DNA from: Eledone cirrhosa
Taxonomy: Eukaryota
DNA length: 64,000 nucleotides
Direction: 5' to 3'
NCBI GenBank assembly: GCA_964016885.1
Contig: OZ024743.1
Location: 220,844,001 to 220,908,000, forward strand
Shown: positions 28,740 to 41,910 of the stretch, piece after piece
How the letters are laid out: every line of letters begins with the position of its first letter
Numbering within the stretch: the first letter of the stretch is position 1
The notes under the pieces: generated by a model
The model's database searches: none
The model's input: only the letters and a program-made list of their open reading frames with translations
What the model was told of the DNA's origin: nothing
Translations under genes and position numbers: made by a program

Positions 28740-29148
28740 ATGGTTGCCAACTCGTTTTCGAGTACGGCCACTACTTTATATCCATGTAGGAGAACCCCTA
28801 CCTATGCGCTGAACGAGTGTGACTTTTTAGTCCAGCCAGCGACTTGAAAACTCTGGTACAAACACTACACTTGTGATAATGATTGACACATAGTGCTGGG
28901 CCCATGGTAGCATGTGACGACAAGTGCAGAGAGATCTCCAGATATAAAGCAATGCCTGTGCCGTGAAGTTTTTATAGTGAGCAAAGGCACTGCACAAAGC
29001 CAGTCCCACTCTCTTAACCAAGATGATATTGACCAAAAAGAAGAACAAGTCAACATCATTGGATACCATCAGGGTTGCAGGTGTTATATCAGAGTTTTCC
29101 TTCTCCTAGAATTCTGCCTTGACAAAGGCTAAGGGGTCATCTCTCCCT
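28740..29148 (-). mobile_element. Short RTE-derived element (5'UTR-like head + 3' end) in (TACA)n
   Basis: 28740-29035 near-identical to 49694-49991; head contains ctaggagaaggaaaactctga. Confidence 0.7.
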
Positions 29149-29726
29149 ACATAGATACATACATTCATTCATACATACATACATATATACATACATACAT
29201 ATATACATACATATATACATACATACAAACTATCAAACCGACATATTTGCATAGAAACTCAACACCAGGCATATACACCTACATATACACATAAACACGA
29301 GTATATTACAAACGTTATGATATAACAACTTGAGGATTGAATACAAATATTCAAATATTACAAAAATACTTCTATGACTTATTTCAAACATGGAAAATTT
29401 TCATAGAATTCAGACTAAACATTTAAAAAAACAACATTTCTACCAATACTTTAGATTTCCAAAGAATTGTGTAATGAATTCTATTGGTTATTGGTTTTCA
29501 TTTTCTTTTCTTGATTCCTATTTTCATAGGTTGCGAAAAGGGATTAAGATGTTATTGGCTTACTTCAATTCACTCACGCCCCCCCCCCCACCCATATATA
29601 TATATATACCTACATACAAACACGCACATATACACTTACACACACGCACATACACACATATACTCCCACACACATATATGTGTGAGAGGGTGTCACCCTC
29701 TCTATCGCTCTCTTTATATATATAAA

Positions 29727-29762
<36 letters not shown>

Positions 29763-29795
29763 CATAAACGGAGAGAGCTATTAGCGATACCCTGA

Positions 29796-29900
<105 letters not shown>

Positions 29901-29971
29901 GAGAAAGAAAACACGCAAAGAAACAGACAGAGATATGCATAAAGACAGCCAGTATTCACCATGTCGAGCTC

Positions 29972-30320
29972 TACCACCATTAACAACCACCGCAGCCGCC
30001 ACCGCCACCACCACTACCACAACATCGCCAATACCCCCACCCACCCCCACCACTACCACATCACCAATACCCCTACCCCCACCACCACTACCACAACACC
30101 GCCAATACCCCCACCCACACCACCACTACCACAACACCGCCAATACCCCCACCCACACCACCACTACCACATCACCAATACACCTACCCCCACCACCACT
30201 ACCACAACACCGCCAATACCCCTACCCCCACTAACACTACCCCACCAACACCCGTACGCCACCACCACCACAATCATCATCATCACCAACAACACCACCT
30301 TCACCACTACAACTACCACC
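29972..30320. repeat. C-rich degenerate minisatellite (caccaccactaccacaacaccgccaataccccc..)
   Basis: About 7 imperfect units of roughly 36-45 bp. Confidence 0.9.
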
Positions 30321-30624
30321 AAAACTGTAGTATCAGTTTACATATTTACTTAATTTACTTCTGTCTCAATGTTTTAGAACGCTTTTTAAAACTCATATCA
30401 ATAATTACTTTAGACATTATCGCAGAATTGAATTCTTTCACTTTACACACACACGCACACAGACACACACAGACAGACATACATACACACACACACACAC
30501 ACACACGCACACACACACACACATACACACAAACATATATATATATATGTATACAAGCTGTATATATATGTATATATATATATATATATATATGCGTGTG
30601 TGTTTATATATATATATGTATGTA

Positions 30625-30680
<56 letters not shown>

Positions 30681-31333
30681 AATGTATATATGTATATATA
30701 ATATTAAGGATACTATTTATGGTTATGTATATATTAAAACTTTTTATAGTTATGTATATTTTAAACCCTAAACAGTGAAGGTCAGTAATTTATTACTACC
30801 TTATTACCAGTAAGATAAATAGCTCAATGTAATAAGTTGTCTGTTTTTTAAATTGTCTGTTTCTTACCACTACAACCACTATAATAATTTTGCTTACCCG
30901 CTTAAAGTGCTTGCATTACAAGTAACACCCTGCCACACAATAATCGTATAAAAATGAGACACACTTGCATGCTCCACGTGTAACTAACGCATACACTACC
31001 TACTAGACCTGACTATCAAACTATCCTCTTGCATTATCTGTGTTATCTGCCGATTGTATTTTAATTTTAATTTTAATTTTTATTTTTATTTTGATTTTGA
31101 TTTTGAATTTGAATTGCTGTACAAAAATAGTATAGTATAATATATGCCACTCCACTGTACATCAATATATATATATATGTATCTGTATGTCTCTTGCATT
31201 GGAAAGGAGGTCAATTATGCGTACAAACTTTGAAAAATGCTCCGAAGATACCAAGCCTAGGTTTGGAAGAAACAATTGTAAGTGAATAAATGCTTTGAAC
31301 ATAGCTTTGATTCTTGTGAATTCTATATATGTA

Positions 31334-31428
<95 letters not shown>

Positions 31429-31450
31429 TAACTTTCTTTTTATATAAAGG

Positions 31451-31503
<53 letters not shown>

Positions 31504-33674
31504 TATATATATATTCATATATATATATGTATATATATATTTATATATGTGTGTGTGTTTATATATAAATACATACATGTATATGTGTGTGTGTGTATGT
31601 TTATGTTTGTGTTTATATATATCTATATCGCTATGAATGTATGTACGCATGTACTTAAGTATAAGCTATTTTCACGAAACCACCGAAAACTTTCTGAAAC
31701 AGAGGACACAATACATTTTAACTGTAAAGTCTATATACTTATTAACTTATATTTCTTTCGTACAGCTGGTCCACCATTTCTCTGCTTTATATCAGTATCA
31801 CCAGAGACGAAGTTATTCAAACCAACAGGTTTAAGCTTATTTATACAAAACATATTTGAAAAGAAAACCACATCATATAACACAAACAAGACTCAGCTGG
31901 AATGAAAATCAGAAACCTTAGTGAGCAACTACAATAAATGAACCTCTAGTATATTTTGAACTATATTTGGAAACCAACTTAGTATCAGATTTGTACTTGG
32001 CTGGCAAGTGACCTGACAGGAGAATGTGTGTTGCATTTGAATAATTTACAATATAAAAGAGTTAAAACAACGAAAGAAAAATAACTAATAAATTCACTTT
32101 TCATTTATCATTGATGTAAAGAGACAGACAAAAAAAATCCTGACCCGATAACATCAAGCTCTAGGCAGGTCTTATCAATGCGGCTCTACTGAATATGACC
32201 AAGGGCAGAATCAGCGGTTGCACCAATCACGGGGAGATGTTGATGATGATAATGATGAGGGTTATTAAATTTAAAATATAAACTTTTAAATATGTAGAAT
32301 ATGTAGAAAACTGAAACGCAGAAAATAACTGTAAATTCAGTAGGTTGCTATAGATATAGCTTTGAAAATCGGATAAAAATCCCTTAGAGCCGAAAGATAA
32401 GTGGGCTAATCTCTCAGCGCTTCGAAAGTTGGAGCTTCTAAATATATTTATGGTGTAGGATTTAAAATGTCTCGTCGAGGTCAATTTTGATTTTCGACCA
32501 TTCAAGGAGAATTAATTAACTACAAGTCCAAAGTTCTCTTCAGCACTTTTTCTCTCTCTCTCTTTTCTATCTCTCTCTCTCTCTCTTTCTCTCTCATCTC
32601 TCTCTCCCTCTCTCTTCTCTTTCTTTCTTTCTTACTCTGGAAGAAACCGACCTGGTTCAGCCATGTTTAAAATGCTTAATATGTATGTGTCCGGATATCG
32701 ACCCAACGATTCCATCAAGATTTAATGACCCTTTACTATTCAGTATTACTATACCCCCACGATCAATGCTAGCTATAAAAAGAGGGTGTAATCCAGATTT
32801 ATTACATTCCAGCTATACCACTTGATCTTATATTCGATTAGAATTGGAATTCGACACAGATTGAAGGAAATATTAAATATCTAAATGAACACTTTTGAAA
32901 TATTATTTTTTATTGTTTCCTAATCGAAAGACCATAGCAGGAAAATATGTGAAATTATATTTATGAGACGATAGAATGATTATTAAGAATTCAAACCAGC
33001 AAGACATTTAAACGATCTAATGGTTTATTTTGATTTTATTTGGTTAGCTTTAAAGTTAGTTAACATTGTCAAAATCTTAGAGAGAAACGTTTTAAGTTAA
33101 AAAATAAATGATTACTTTCTAATAAAAGAGATACATCTAAAATGTATACAAATAAATATTTTATGACTTTGTCGAGATAAATACCACGCATACACAGGCG
33201 TTCAGAAATCCAGTCTCAAAGTATTGTTGGAACCGAGGATATAGTCGAAGAGGTGCTATACAATGGGGCAAAATCTGAGACGTTGTGGTTGCGAAACAAA
33301 TTCAACTACTTTACCACACAGCCATGCCTGCGTCTAAAGACTTCTATTTCTATAACCCGAGAAGAAACTGACACTTGATACATCACTTCAGTAACAAAAC
33401 AAAAATCCTTCATCACATTTCACACAGAGAGCAGTAGAAAAAATATATAAAGAAATGGCAACGAAAAAAAAAAAAATTAATATTAATAAAATAAATGCAA
33501 GAAGAAATTAGAGACAAACGATTTGACAATGTTATAACAAGGAAAAAGAGATTTGTCATTCATGTTTGGCTGTTACGACTGAGGACATGCATTTGAATGC
33601 AACATACACACATATGTATAAATAAACACACTCACACACACACATATATATGTGTGTGTATATATATATATATA

Positions 33675-33862
33675 TACAATATATATATATACAATAATTA
33701 TATATATATATATATACATATATACATATACATATATATACTGTTGTGTAACCACTTTATATATATATATATATATATAAAGTGGTTACACAACAGTATA
33801 TATATGTATATGTATATATGTATATATATATATATATAATTATTGTATATATATATATTGTA
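33675..33862. repeat. Essentially perfect palindrome centred on (TA)n
   Basis: ctgttgtgtaaccacttt-(AT)n-aaagtggttacacaacag; ORF track gives the same N-terminal peptide on both strands. Confidence 0.95.
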
Positions 33863-34289
33863 AATATATATATATACAATAATTATATATATATATTTAC
33901 AATATATATATATAAGAAGAAGAAAGAGGTGAGAGTGAAATCCATCGATAACATGATAACGTAAAGTATGTTGTTTTAATTTGTTTTAGTCAGCTGAGAA
34001 TAATAACCGTTGGCGGTAGGAGTGAGAGAAGAGAGAGAAGAGAAAAAAGGGAAGGCAAGAAACGTTAATGGAGTTATTTATTGAGGCAGCTATAATATAA
34101 TAGTAATAATATCACCTCATCGTAAGAACCACTGATGCAATGATGCATGGGCAATCTTTCCATCATAACACTTTCGTGTCGTTTCTTTTTTTTTTTTTAC
34201 AGTTTCTCTTCCGAAAAGTTTCAAATATGTTAATGGAAATTATAGTTATATTATTGTAAAGAAGTAGTGGATGAAGGAGTAGAGGCACG

Positions 34290-34497
34290 AGGAGGGGGAG
34301 GAGTATGAGGAAGCTGGTGATGGTGATGGTGAGGCTGATGGTGATGGTGATGATGATGATGATGATGGTGGTGACGATGATGGTGATGATGATGGTGATG
34401 ATGAGGATGATGATGATGGTGACGATGATGGTGATGATGAGGATGAGGATGAGGTGGATGAAGGGGAGTAGGAAGCGGTTGGTGATGTCGTTGATGT

Positions 34498-34541
<44 letters not shown>

Positions 34542-34623
34542 GTGACTATGATTATGATCAGGAGGTGGGGGAGGAGTATGAGGAAGATCTAGTAATGGTG
34601 ATGATGATGTCGCTGGTGTTGCT

Positions 34624-34654
<31 letters not shown>

Positions 34655-34780
34655 ACGACGATGATAATTATGATCAGCAGGAGTAGAAGGACGAGGAGGA
34701 AGAGAAGGAGGAGGAGGAAGCGGGTAATAGTGATGATGATGACGATGATAATTATGATCAGCAGGAGGAGGAGACGTGAA
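34290..34780. repeat. Compound (GAT/GGT/GAG/GCT)n trinucleotide low complexity
   Basis: Direct. Confidence 0.95.
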
Positions 34781-34871
34781 GAGATACGTATAGTTTATGT
34801 TTGCTTGTTTTTTTATTTTTTTCAGCAGTGATGGAGCTGTGATGCTGATGAGATGGGATCTGATATAATAA

Positions 34872-35052
34872 TAGTTTCTACTTTAGGCACAAGGCCAGCA
34901 ATTAACCAGTGTATTACTGGTACTTTATTTTATCGACCCCGTAAGGATGAAAGGCAAAGTCAACCTCGGCGGGATTTGAGCTCAGATCGTAAAGGGACGT
35001 AACTATGCTGGAAAGCATGGCGTCCGACCCTCTACCGATACTGCCAATCCAA
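34872..35052 (-). mobile_element. SINE family A
   Basis: Full body match. Confidence 0.92.
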
Positions 35053-35057
35053 TAATG

Positions 35058-35325
35058 ATTTCATTTATTAGCCACAAGGGCCGACATGTAGGGGAAATTC
35101 AAAGACAGGGACAGTGGGGGTTTACAATAAGGTCGAGTAAAAGTGCACAATGGAAAGACTAATTTAACAATGAACATATAAAAAATATAAAATAAACTAT
35201 GCATAAATATAACAAAATAAATTCCTTGATAGGAGGTGGACGACCCTAGGGTGACTCAGCTACTCCACCAATGCTGAACCACCCTGCGCTTCTTGGGCAC
35301 CCAGGGAGAGCACCCTTCTCCTCAA
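35058..35325 (-). mobile_element. 3'UTR-only copy of a related Tx1-like subfamily
   Basis: Terminus gatttcatttattagccacaagggc parallels gatttctatattggccacaagggc at 35371; internal ataggagg..accc..gggt motif parallels 35570-35593. Confidence 0.7.
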
Positions 35326-35372
<47 letters not shown>

Positions 35373-35677
35373 TTTCTATATTGGCCACAAGGGCTGACAT
35401 CAAGAAAAACATTACAGACGGCACAGGACGGTACAGGACGATACGATGTGGGTTTTGTGCGTGTAAAGATTTTTATTATTTATATAAGAAAAAAAGAAAA
35501 AAAAGACATAGAAACCTATAATATATATAAACAATAAATATGAAAATTGAAACAATGAAAAATCCTCCAATAGGGAGGAAACCCCCGAGGGTTACTCGTG
35601 GCGAAAACCACACAAAAGACCAGTCCTACCCTGACCACCAGGGCAAGCGCCCTCTCTCAATTTTTCCATTTCTCAAA

Positions 35678-38472
35678 CTACAGGCGTATATTCAGAGCGG
35701 CCCTGTTTACTCGGACCATTCTCGCTACATTCATCCACCTTTCAACAAACTTGCTAGAGGGCAGCACTTGCCTCTCCACCCTGATTTTCCTCTTCAAGTT
35801 AAACTTGAAAAAGTTAATCAGGGATTCTCCGAAGAGGAAAGTGTCTGTATTTAACCCTTTCAACTTTGTCCACCACACAATCTCTTTCGCCATGGCTACC
35901 AGGCAGATGAAAACCGCCTGCCCTTCCTCCTCGAAGGAAGACGGCGAGACCATCTGCACAATGGACTCAGTCGATAACCGGATTAGTCCTACACGCGACA
36001 GAAACTGTTCGACATAGCTCCACAAGTCAGCAATGTTCGGGCACTGAACGAGTGCGTGCACGACGGTTTACTTCGTTCTGGGAGCATCTCGGACAGGCTC
36101 GGCTGACGGCACTTCCGTGCCTGTAGAGCTTATCTCGAACCGGCAACACTCCCTGGTAGCACTGCCAGGCCAGGGATTTTTGGAAGTTATCCATAGGCTC
36201 TAGGCTGAAAGTTCCCCGAAAGAGGGCAAACAGCTGATCTTCTTCGACGCCAGGATCTCTCCGAGAATGTCGTCGCTCTTCCCCTCCACTAGCCCTCTAT
36301 AGAACGCCCCACGATGCTGTCGGACGGCATGGACTTGCCTCTCCAGGTGCCGAGCTGCAAGCCCACCGACTTTTCCTGGTTTATCTTTGCTCCTGTCACC
36401 GCGTCGTGTTCCTTGAGAGCGGTGCCGAGCATCTGGACATGTCTGGCGCTCGACACCACCACGGCAATGTCGTCGGCGTAAGCCGACTCGGTTTTCCCGC
36501 ATCCTAGTTCGCGTGGGACGCCCCTCATAACCCCCAGTTTGTGCAGTAACGGCTCGAGAGCCAATACGTACAAGAGGGATGACAGGAGACAACCCTGGCG
36601 GACCGAGCGCATGATGCTGAACGGCTGCGACAGGTGACCGTTCACCCTCACAACTGAGCAGATGTCGCTGTACATTGCTGCGATCCAACCCCTGAAAACG
36701 GGCCCGAAACCGACTGCCTCGAGAACCGCCGCCAGGTACCGATGGACGACCCTATCGAATGCTTTGGATTGATCCAAGTTGATCAGGGACCCACCCGTGC
36801 CAGGTTCCTTAACCACCCTCTCTATGATGTATCGCATGCGGTGGAGGTTGTCGTGTATGGATCCGTCCGGAATGGCGCATGTCTGCGCCTCTCCCACCAG
36901 ACCCTTGACGACAAGCGCCAACCTCGTTGCTAACACCTTGGCCAAAATCTTGAACTCTGCGTTTAGCAGGGTTATGGGCCTGAAGTTACCGATAACACCC
37001 CTCTTGTTCGGGTCTTTTCTCAGTAGCGCCACCGCTCCCCGGCTCACAAAACTGGGAATGCTCCCGTTCTGCTGCTAGTTGCAGTAGACGTCTGCCAAGA
37101 GGTCACCGAACAAGTCTGGCATGAATGCATAAAGTTCGTAGGGCAGACCATCCAAACCTGGCGATTTACCCCTCGTGCAGTTAGCCATCGCTTCCCGTAT
37201 TTTACCGGCTGTTATTGGCTTTTCGCAACACTGTGCTGCCGTCGTCGAGAGCCGAGGCAGTCCGTTGAGGTATGCACTGAAGTCCATACCCCGATCCGGC
37301 CCGCCGCTGCTCCCGAGCAACACACGCCCGTTTTGGTCAGATAAAGACCGAATTGTGGTTTTGTTGCCAAGTCGCTCCTCTGCCACCCGGGCCTATTAGA
37401 CGGCTTTTGTCCCCTCATGTTTCAGAGCACGCGCTCTAGCTCTGACAACGCAGCCTTCGTGTTTTGCGTTGAAGAATTGGTCGAGTGCCAATCTCACCGC
37501 ATGCACGTCGGTTGCGATGCCTGTCCTAAACGCCTCTTCTAGCTTTCTGACTAGCTCTCCCTCTACTCTATTTTCTTCTATCACTAGTCCTTTGCTAAAC
37601 CTAATCGATTCTACTCTAACAGCCCTTTTCAGGGTAAACCACCACCTGTTGTTGACGATCGCATCCGTCAACGCCCGCTTAACTAATACGCTAATCCGGT
37701 CTCTGTAGGCTTTGTGCGCCGAGACAGAAGCGTTCAGCTTCCAGTAACCTGGTCTTTGTCTATGAAGACTGTCTATGTCCATCTCACAGATCACAAATTT
37801 ATGGTCTGTGTAGTCGACTATTTTAAATTGTGGAGAACTTATACTAGCCTTATCTAGTTCTCTGCAGAATGCCCTTACGAGATATGATCTGGATGACCCA
37901 ATGCGGTTTGTCCATGTCCAGATTGGCCCATTCGGGTGATCCAGTCGATACCTGTCAGACAGTTCAAAACGTCTGAGCAGGTTGGTGAGGCTCTTGCACC
38001 CTCCTCCCCTATCCACTAGCCCCACACAATCCCAGCGTGCATCCAATATACCGTTCCAGCCGCCCACTAAAACTAAAGAGCGGGACGTTCCAAGAAAGGT
38101 CTCTAGACGTCTGAAGAAATCTGGCAGTCCTGCCCCAGTTGGGCATAGACGGTTACTAGCCTGAAAGCATTGCCTTCGCTGCCGGTCACGTCCAGCACCA
38201 CCAACTTACCTTCTGGGTCCAGGAAGATGGCCCGTATGGCGAGATCCAAGCCTCTCCGAAAAAGGACGGCAACCCCTCCCCCCGATCCTGGACGGCAGGG
38301 ATACATCGTAGCCGCCGAGGATCGGTGCGAAGGCTCGTAATTCGGAGATTCTGGTCTCGCTGATGGCCACCACATCTATGTTTAGTGACGTGAGGTCGTT
38401 GAGCAGGTGACCCTGCTTCCAAGTTTACCCCAGGCCACGTGCATTTATACTGCCTATTCTAAGTACGGCCAT
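35678..38472 (-). pseudogene. Tx1-like ORF2 (APE endonuclease + reverse transcriptase + C-terminal domain)
   Basis: Start MAVLRIGSINARGL at 38472; GGWN(GDWN), WTWTN, YTDHK, KSPGLDGLPYELY, NFRPITLLNAEFKILAK, LDQSKAFDRV, SVRQGCLLS, YADD, HALVQC; multiple stops and frameshifts. Confidence 0.92.
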
Positions 38473-38509
38473 GTTGGATGAGAAACGGGGCAAGTGAGAA
38501 AGGGTCACT

Positions 38510-40528
38510 TACCTTGATCGTGTGGTGAAGGGACAGTAGAACTGTCCCTTTGACTGGTCATGGGGGTTTCCAAGAGGATGTCAGTGTATATCCTCTTGGT
38601 AACTGACCCTCTGAAGTCTCCAACTGCGTTGGGGAATTTTTGTTTTAAAAGTTTGTACTGTTTTATTTTGATATCAATGATGCTTATGTTTGTCGGGAGA
38701 GTTCTTGGTGTTGGTGGAGTGTAGTATTTTTTTCTGTGGTTCTGTGTGCTGCTTTATATATTGTATGAGTTCTTTATTTGGCATGTTTATGGCTGTGTAC
38801 CTTTTGGGGGGAGGGGTGATTTTGTTGCTGTTTTCTTCTTGTTGCTGTTTGGTGTGTGTGTTTTATTTTGTTTGCGTTGTTGGTGTTTTTGTTGATGCTG
38901 GTCGTGGTGTGGTTGTTGTTGGCGGTGGTGCTTGTGGTGGTGATGGGGATAGTGGTGGTGTTGCTGCAAGTCTCCTTATAGCCTTTACCCCTCTTTGTGT
39001 GCCTTCGCTTTTGGAGGGTGAATCTAAGGGTTTTTTTCTTTTTTGTTTTTTTTTGTGGTAGACCGTTTGCCACTTCACTCCCGCCTCAAACTCAGATTCC
39101 GTGGCGTCTGGGAGGGGTATGTGCTCCACGGCTGTTGGTGGTGGTAGTGGAACCCTCTCCGGCAATTTTGTTGCTGGTGCAGCTACTGCAAATGTAGCTA
39201 CTAGTGTTGCCACCACTGATGCTGCTGCTTTAGTTGTCCGTGGCCTTGGTACGGGTGCCACGGACGTTGCCCTCCGTGGAAGGGGCTTCTGTGTTTGTTG
39301 CTGTCCTGCTCTTGGTAGCAGCGGACCAGGTAATGGAAGGAGAGGGGCATTCTTCTTCGCTGTCTTTTGCGGGCGAAAGGCCCTGAGGTGACCCTTTGAC
39401 CCACAGAGATAACATTTTGGCCGTCTTCCTTCTACGCTTATAGGGAGTTGGAGTTCTTCCTCGATGTCTATGATCTCGGGGATAGCGTCGATACATTCCT
39501 GGTCAGTTTGTATAAGCATTTGCACGCCTATACCTGACCAATTCTTTCTCCCTATTTTCTCTACTTGATTCCAGCAAGGACAGACGCGGCCAGCCAAGAT
39601 ATGGGCACATCGGGTGAGACCTGGGTCACTTTGACCCTCACAATTTTCTGCCCGCAGTAGGAGGGCATCAAGACTATTTCCTCACTCTTTAGGGTTTCCA
39701 AAGAGTGAGAGTTTGCTTCTTGGGGGTGGCGAAATGTACGTCTACTGTGGCGTACTTTCTGCCTCAGGTAATGTGGGTTTTGCGTGCTCAGACGCACCCC
39801 AAGGCCTTTTGGATTTGAGTCTCCCTGGCTCTCTCCACTCGATGTGACATTTTGCTTACAGTGCGGTAAGTTACCGTCCGTAGCTGCTGGTCCTTGAACA
39901 AATCGGGTGGAGGTTTCAAGGAAACTCTATTTGCGCTTCTTGTCACCATGGCCCTTGCGACTGCCATCTCCTCCTCTGTGACTAACACTGTTTCGATATT
40001 TCGGGCAACACCTGCAAAAGAAGTGGTCCCTTTTTCAGCGGCACCACAATTGCTGCCGCTACTGGTCTTACTGGTGGTGCTGAGATCGCTATTACAGGTA
40101 TCGATGTCATTGTTGATGTTTTCGTTGGTACTGTTGTTGTTGTTGTTGTTTTCGTTGATACTGTTGCTGTTGTTACTGTTATTGTGGCTGTTGTTATTAT
40201 TGTTGCTTTTGTTGATACTGTTCCTACTATTATTGTTGTTGTAGCTGTTGTTATTGTCATTGTTATTGTCGTTCTCGACCTTACCGCTGTTATTTTTGTT
40301 GTTGATGTTGTTATTGATGGTTTTGTTGTTGGTGTTGTTTGTGTTAGAAATATTTGGTGATTTTAAATCTGTAACAATATCATTAAAAATGCTATCGTTC
40401 CTCGTTTCTTTCGTAATATTTTCTTTAAAATTTACCTTCACTAGAACGCTGGCTTGTTGATATGCTGACAAAGTTTCCCTCTCTCTGTGTTGTCTGACAG
40501 TGCTCTCTCTCTTTCTTGTGTTATCCAT
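38510..40528 (-). pseudogene. Tx1-like ORF1 (Asn-rich N-terminus, gag-like zinc knuckle, Pro/Thr-rich tail)
   Basis: Frames 39788-40528, 39561-39797, 38863-39597; CYLCGSKGHLRAFR is a CCHC with the last C lost; 3' limit approximate. Confidence 0.75.
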
Positions 40529-40749
40529 GTTGAAATAAAAATTTTTAAAATAATATTTTTACACAATACGACATCTCGTAAAGGGGTGCCGTATTATTTA
40601 CGAGTGAACCGCTGTATTAGGTGGGTCAATTCTAAACTTTTATCAAGTTTGAAACTTGAATAAAAGGTTTAGAACGGTTGAAAACGAGGTAAACTGTTCA
40701 AAAAAACTGGAGGCGATAAGAAGCGTGGCTTCACCTTCAATAGTATTAT

Positions 40750-40935
40750 AGTTGTTTCTACTTTTGGCACAAGGCCAGCAATTATCCCAGTTTATTACTG
40801 GTATTTTATTTTATCGACCCCGTAAGGATGAAAGGCAAAGTTAACCTCGGCGGGATTTGAACTCAGACCATAAAGGGCTGTAACTGTTTGCTGTAAAGCA
40901 TTTCCGACCCTCTACTGATATTGCCAATCCACCGC
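40750..40935 (-). mobile_element. SINE family A with 12-bp TSD
   Basis: TSD ccttcaatagta at 40734-40745 and 40936-40947. Confidence 0.95.
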
Positions 40936-41230
40936 CCTTCAATAGTAATAATAGTGATTTCTGATTTATGCACAAATGTGAGTGTTTGTGTGAGTATATG
41001 TGAATATATTTATACTTATGTGAGTATTTGTGAATATATTTATACTTATGTGAGTGTATGTGGTTGTGCGTTTATATTTATATTCTCATGCACACAGCGC
41101 ACCAAGATATTATCTTGGTTATCTATGTTAGTTGCAGATAGAGTTTTCACAAAAACTTGGTTTTGTGCCCGTTTTGCATATAAAATACATTTAGCCGTCA
41201 TTTTTTACGACACGGGGCCAGCTAGTAAAA

Positions 41231-41441
41231 TTAATGGTTTCTTATATAGGCACAAGGCCAACGATTTTGGAGGAGGGGAAAGCCGAATAAATCGTGACTG
41301 GTACCTTATTTTATCGACCTCGTAAGGATGAAAGGCAAAGTTAACCTCGGCGGGATTTGAACTCAGATCATAAAGGGCCGTAACTCTATGCTGCAAAGCA
41401 TGTTGTCCGACGCCCTACCGATACTGCCAATTTGCTACCCT
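41231..41441 (-). mobile_element. SINE family A, long-tail variant, 13-bp TSD
   Basis: TSD ccagctagtaaaa at 41218-41230 and 41442-41454; extra acgattttggaggaggggaaagccg segment. Confidence 0.92.
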
Positions 41442-41475
41442 CCAGCTAGTAAAAATAATAATAATTATGTAGTAA

Positions 41476-41509
<34 letters not shown>

Positions 41510-41825
41510 TCTATATCATAGTTTGCTGAGATTTATATATGGAAATGAAAACTCTGAATTGAAGAAGTGTTCATTATGACAACAAAAACAATTAAAAACA
41601 AAGACCAGTGTGGTAATGTTGGTGAAGGTGCTGGTTGAGGTGGTGAGAACAACAACAAATATAGTGGTGGTGGTGGTGGTGGTGGTTACAAGAAAAAAGA
41701 ATATGGGGATGGTGTTGGTGATGGTAGTGACGAGGAAGATGCTGCTGATGACGATGATCGTGATAATAATGATGATTATGATAATGATAACGATAATGAT
41801 GATAACGATAATGATGATAACATCG

Positions 41826-41910
41826 AGAAGAAGAAGAAGAAGAAGAAGAAGAAGAAGAAGAAGAAGAAGAAGAAGAAGAAGAAGAAGAAGAAGAAGAAGA
41901 AGAAGAAGAG
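41826..41910. repeat. (GAA)n microsatellite
   Basis: Direct. Confidence 0.98.

Larger units (their letters stand above)
35371..40733 (-). mobile_element. Near full-length Tx1/L1-clade LINE, frameshifted and internally deleted
   Basis: ORF1 with zinc knuckle, ORF2 APE-RT-C-terminal domain, 3'UTR, (ATT)n tail 35326-35370. Confidence 0.92.

Noticed and set aside
29935-30353. Pro/Thr/His-rich extensin- or mucin-like ORFs
   Set aside because: Open in several frames because of a C/A-rich minisatellite; no splice or homology support.
31765-31827. Possible internal exon after tttctttcgtacag
   Set aside because: Weak donor (gtttaa) and no recognisable peptide.
34305-34831. Met-rich or acidic ORFs
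   Set aside because: Trinucleotide low complexity.
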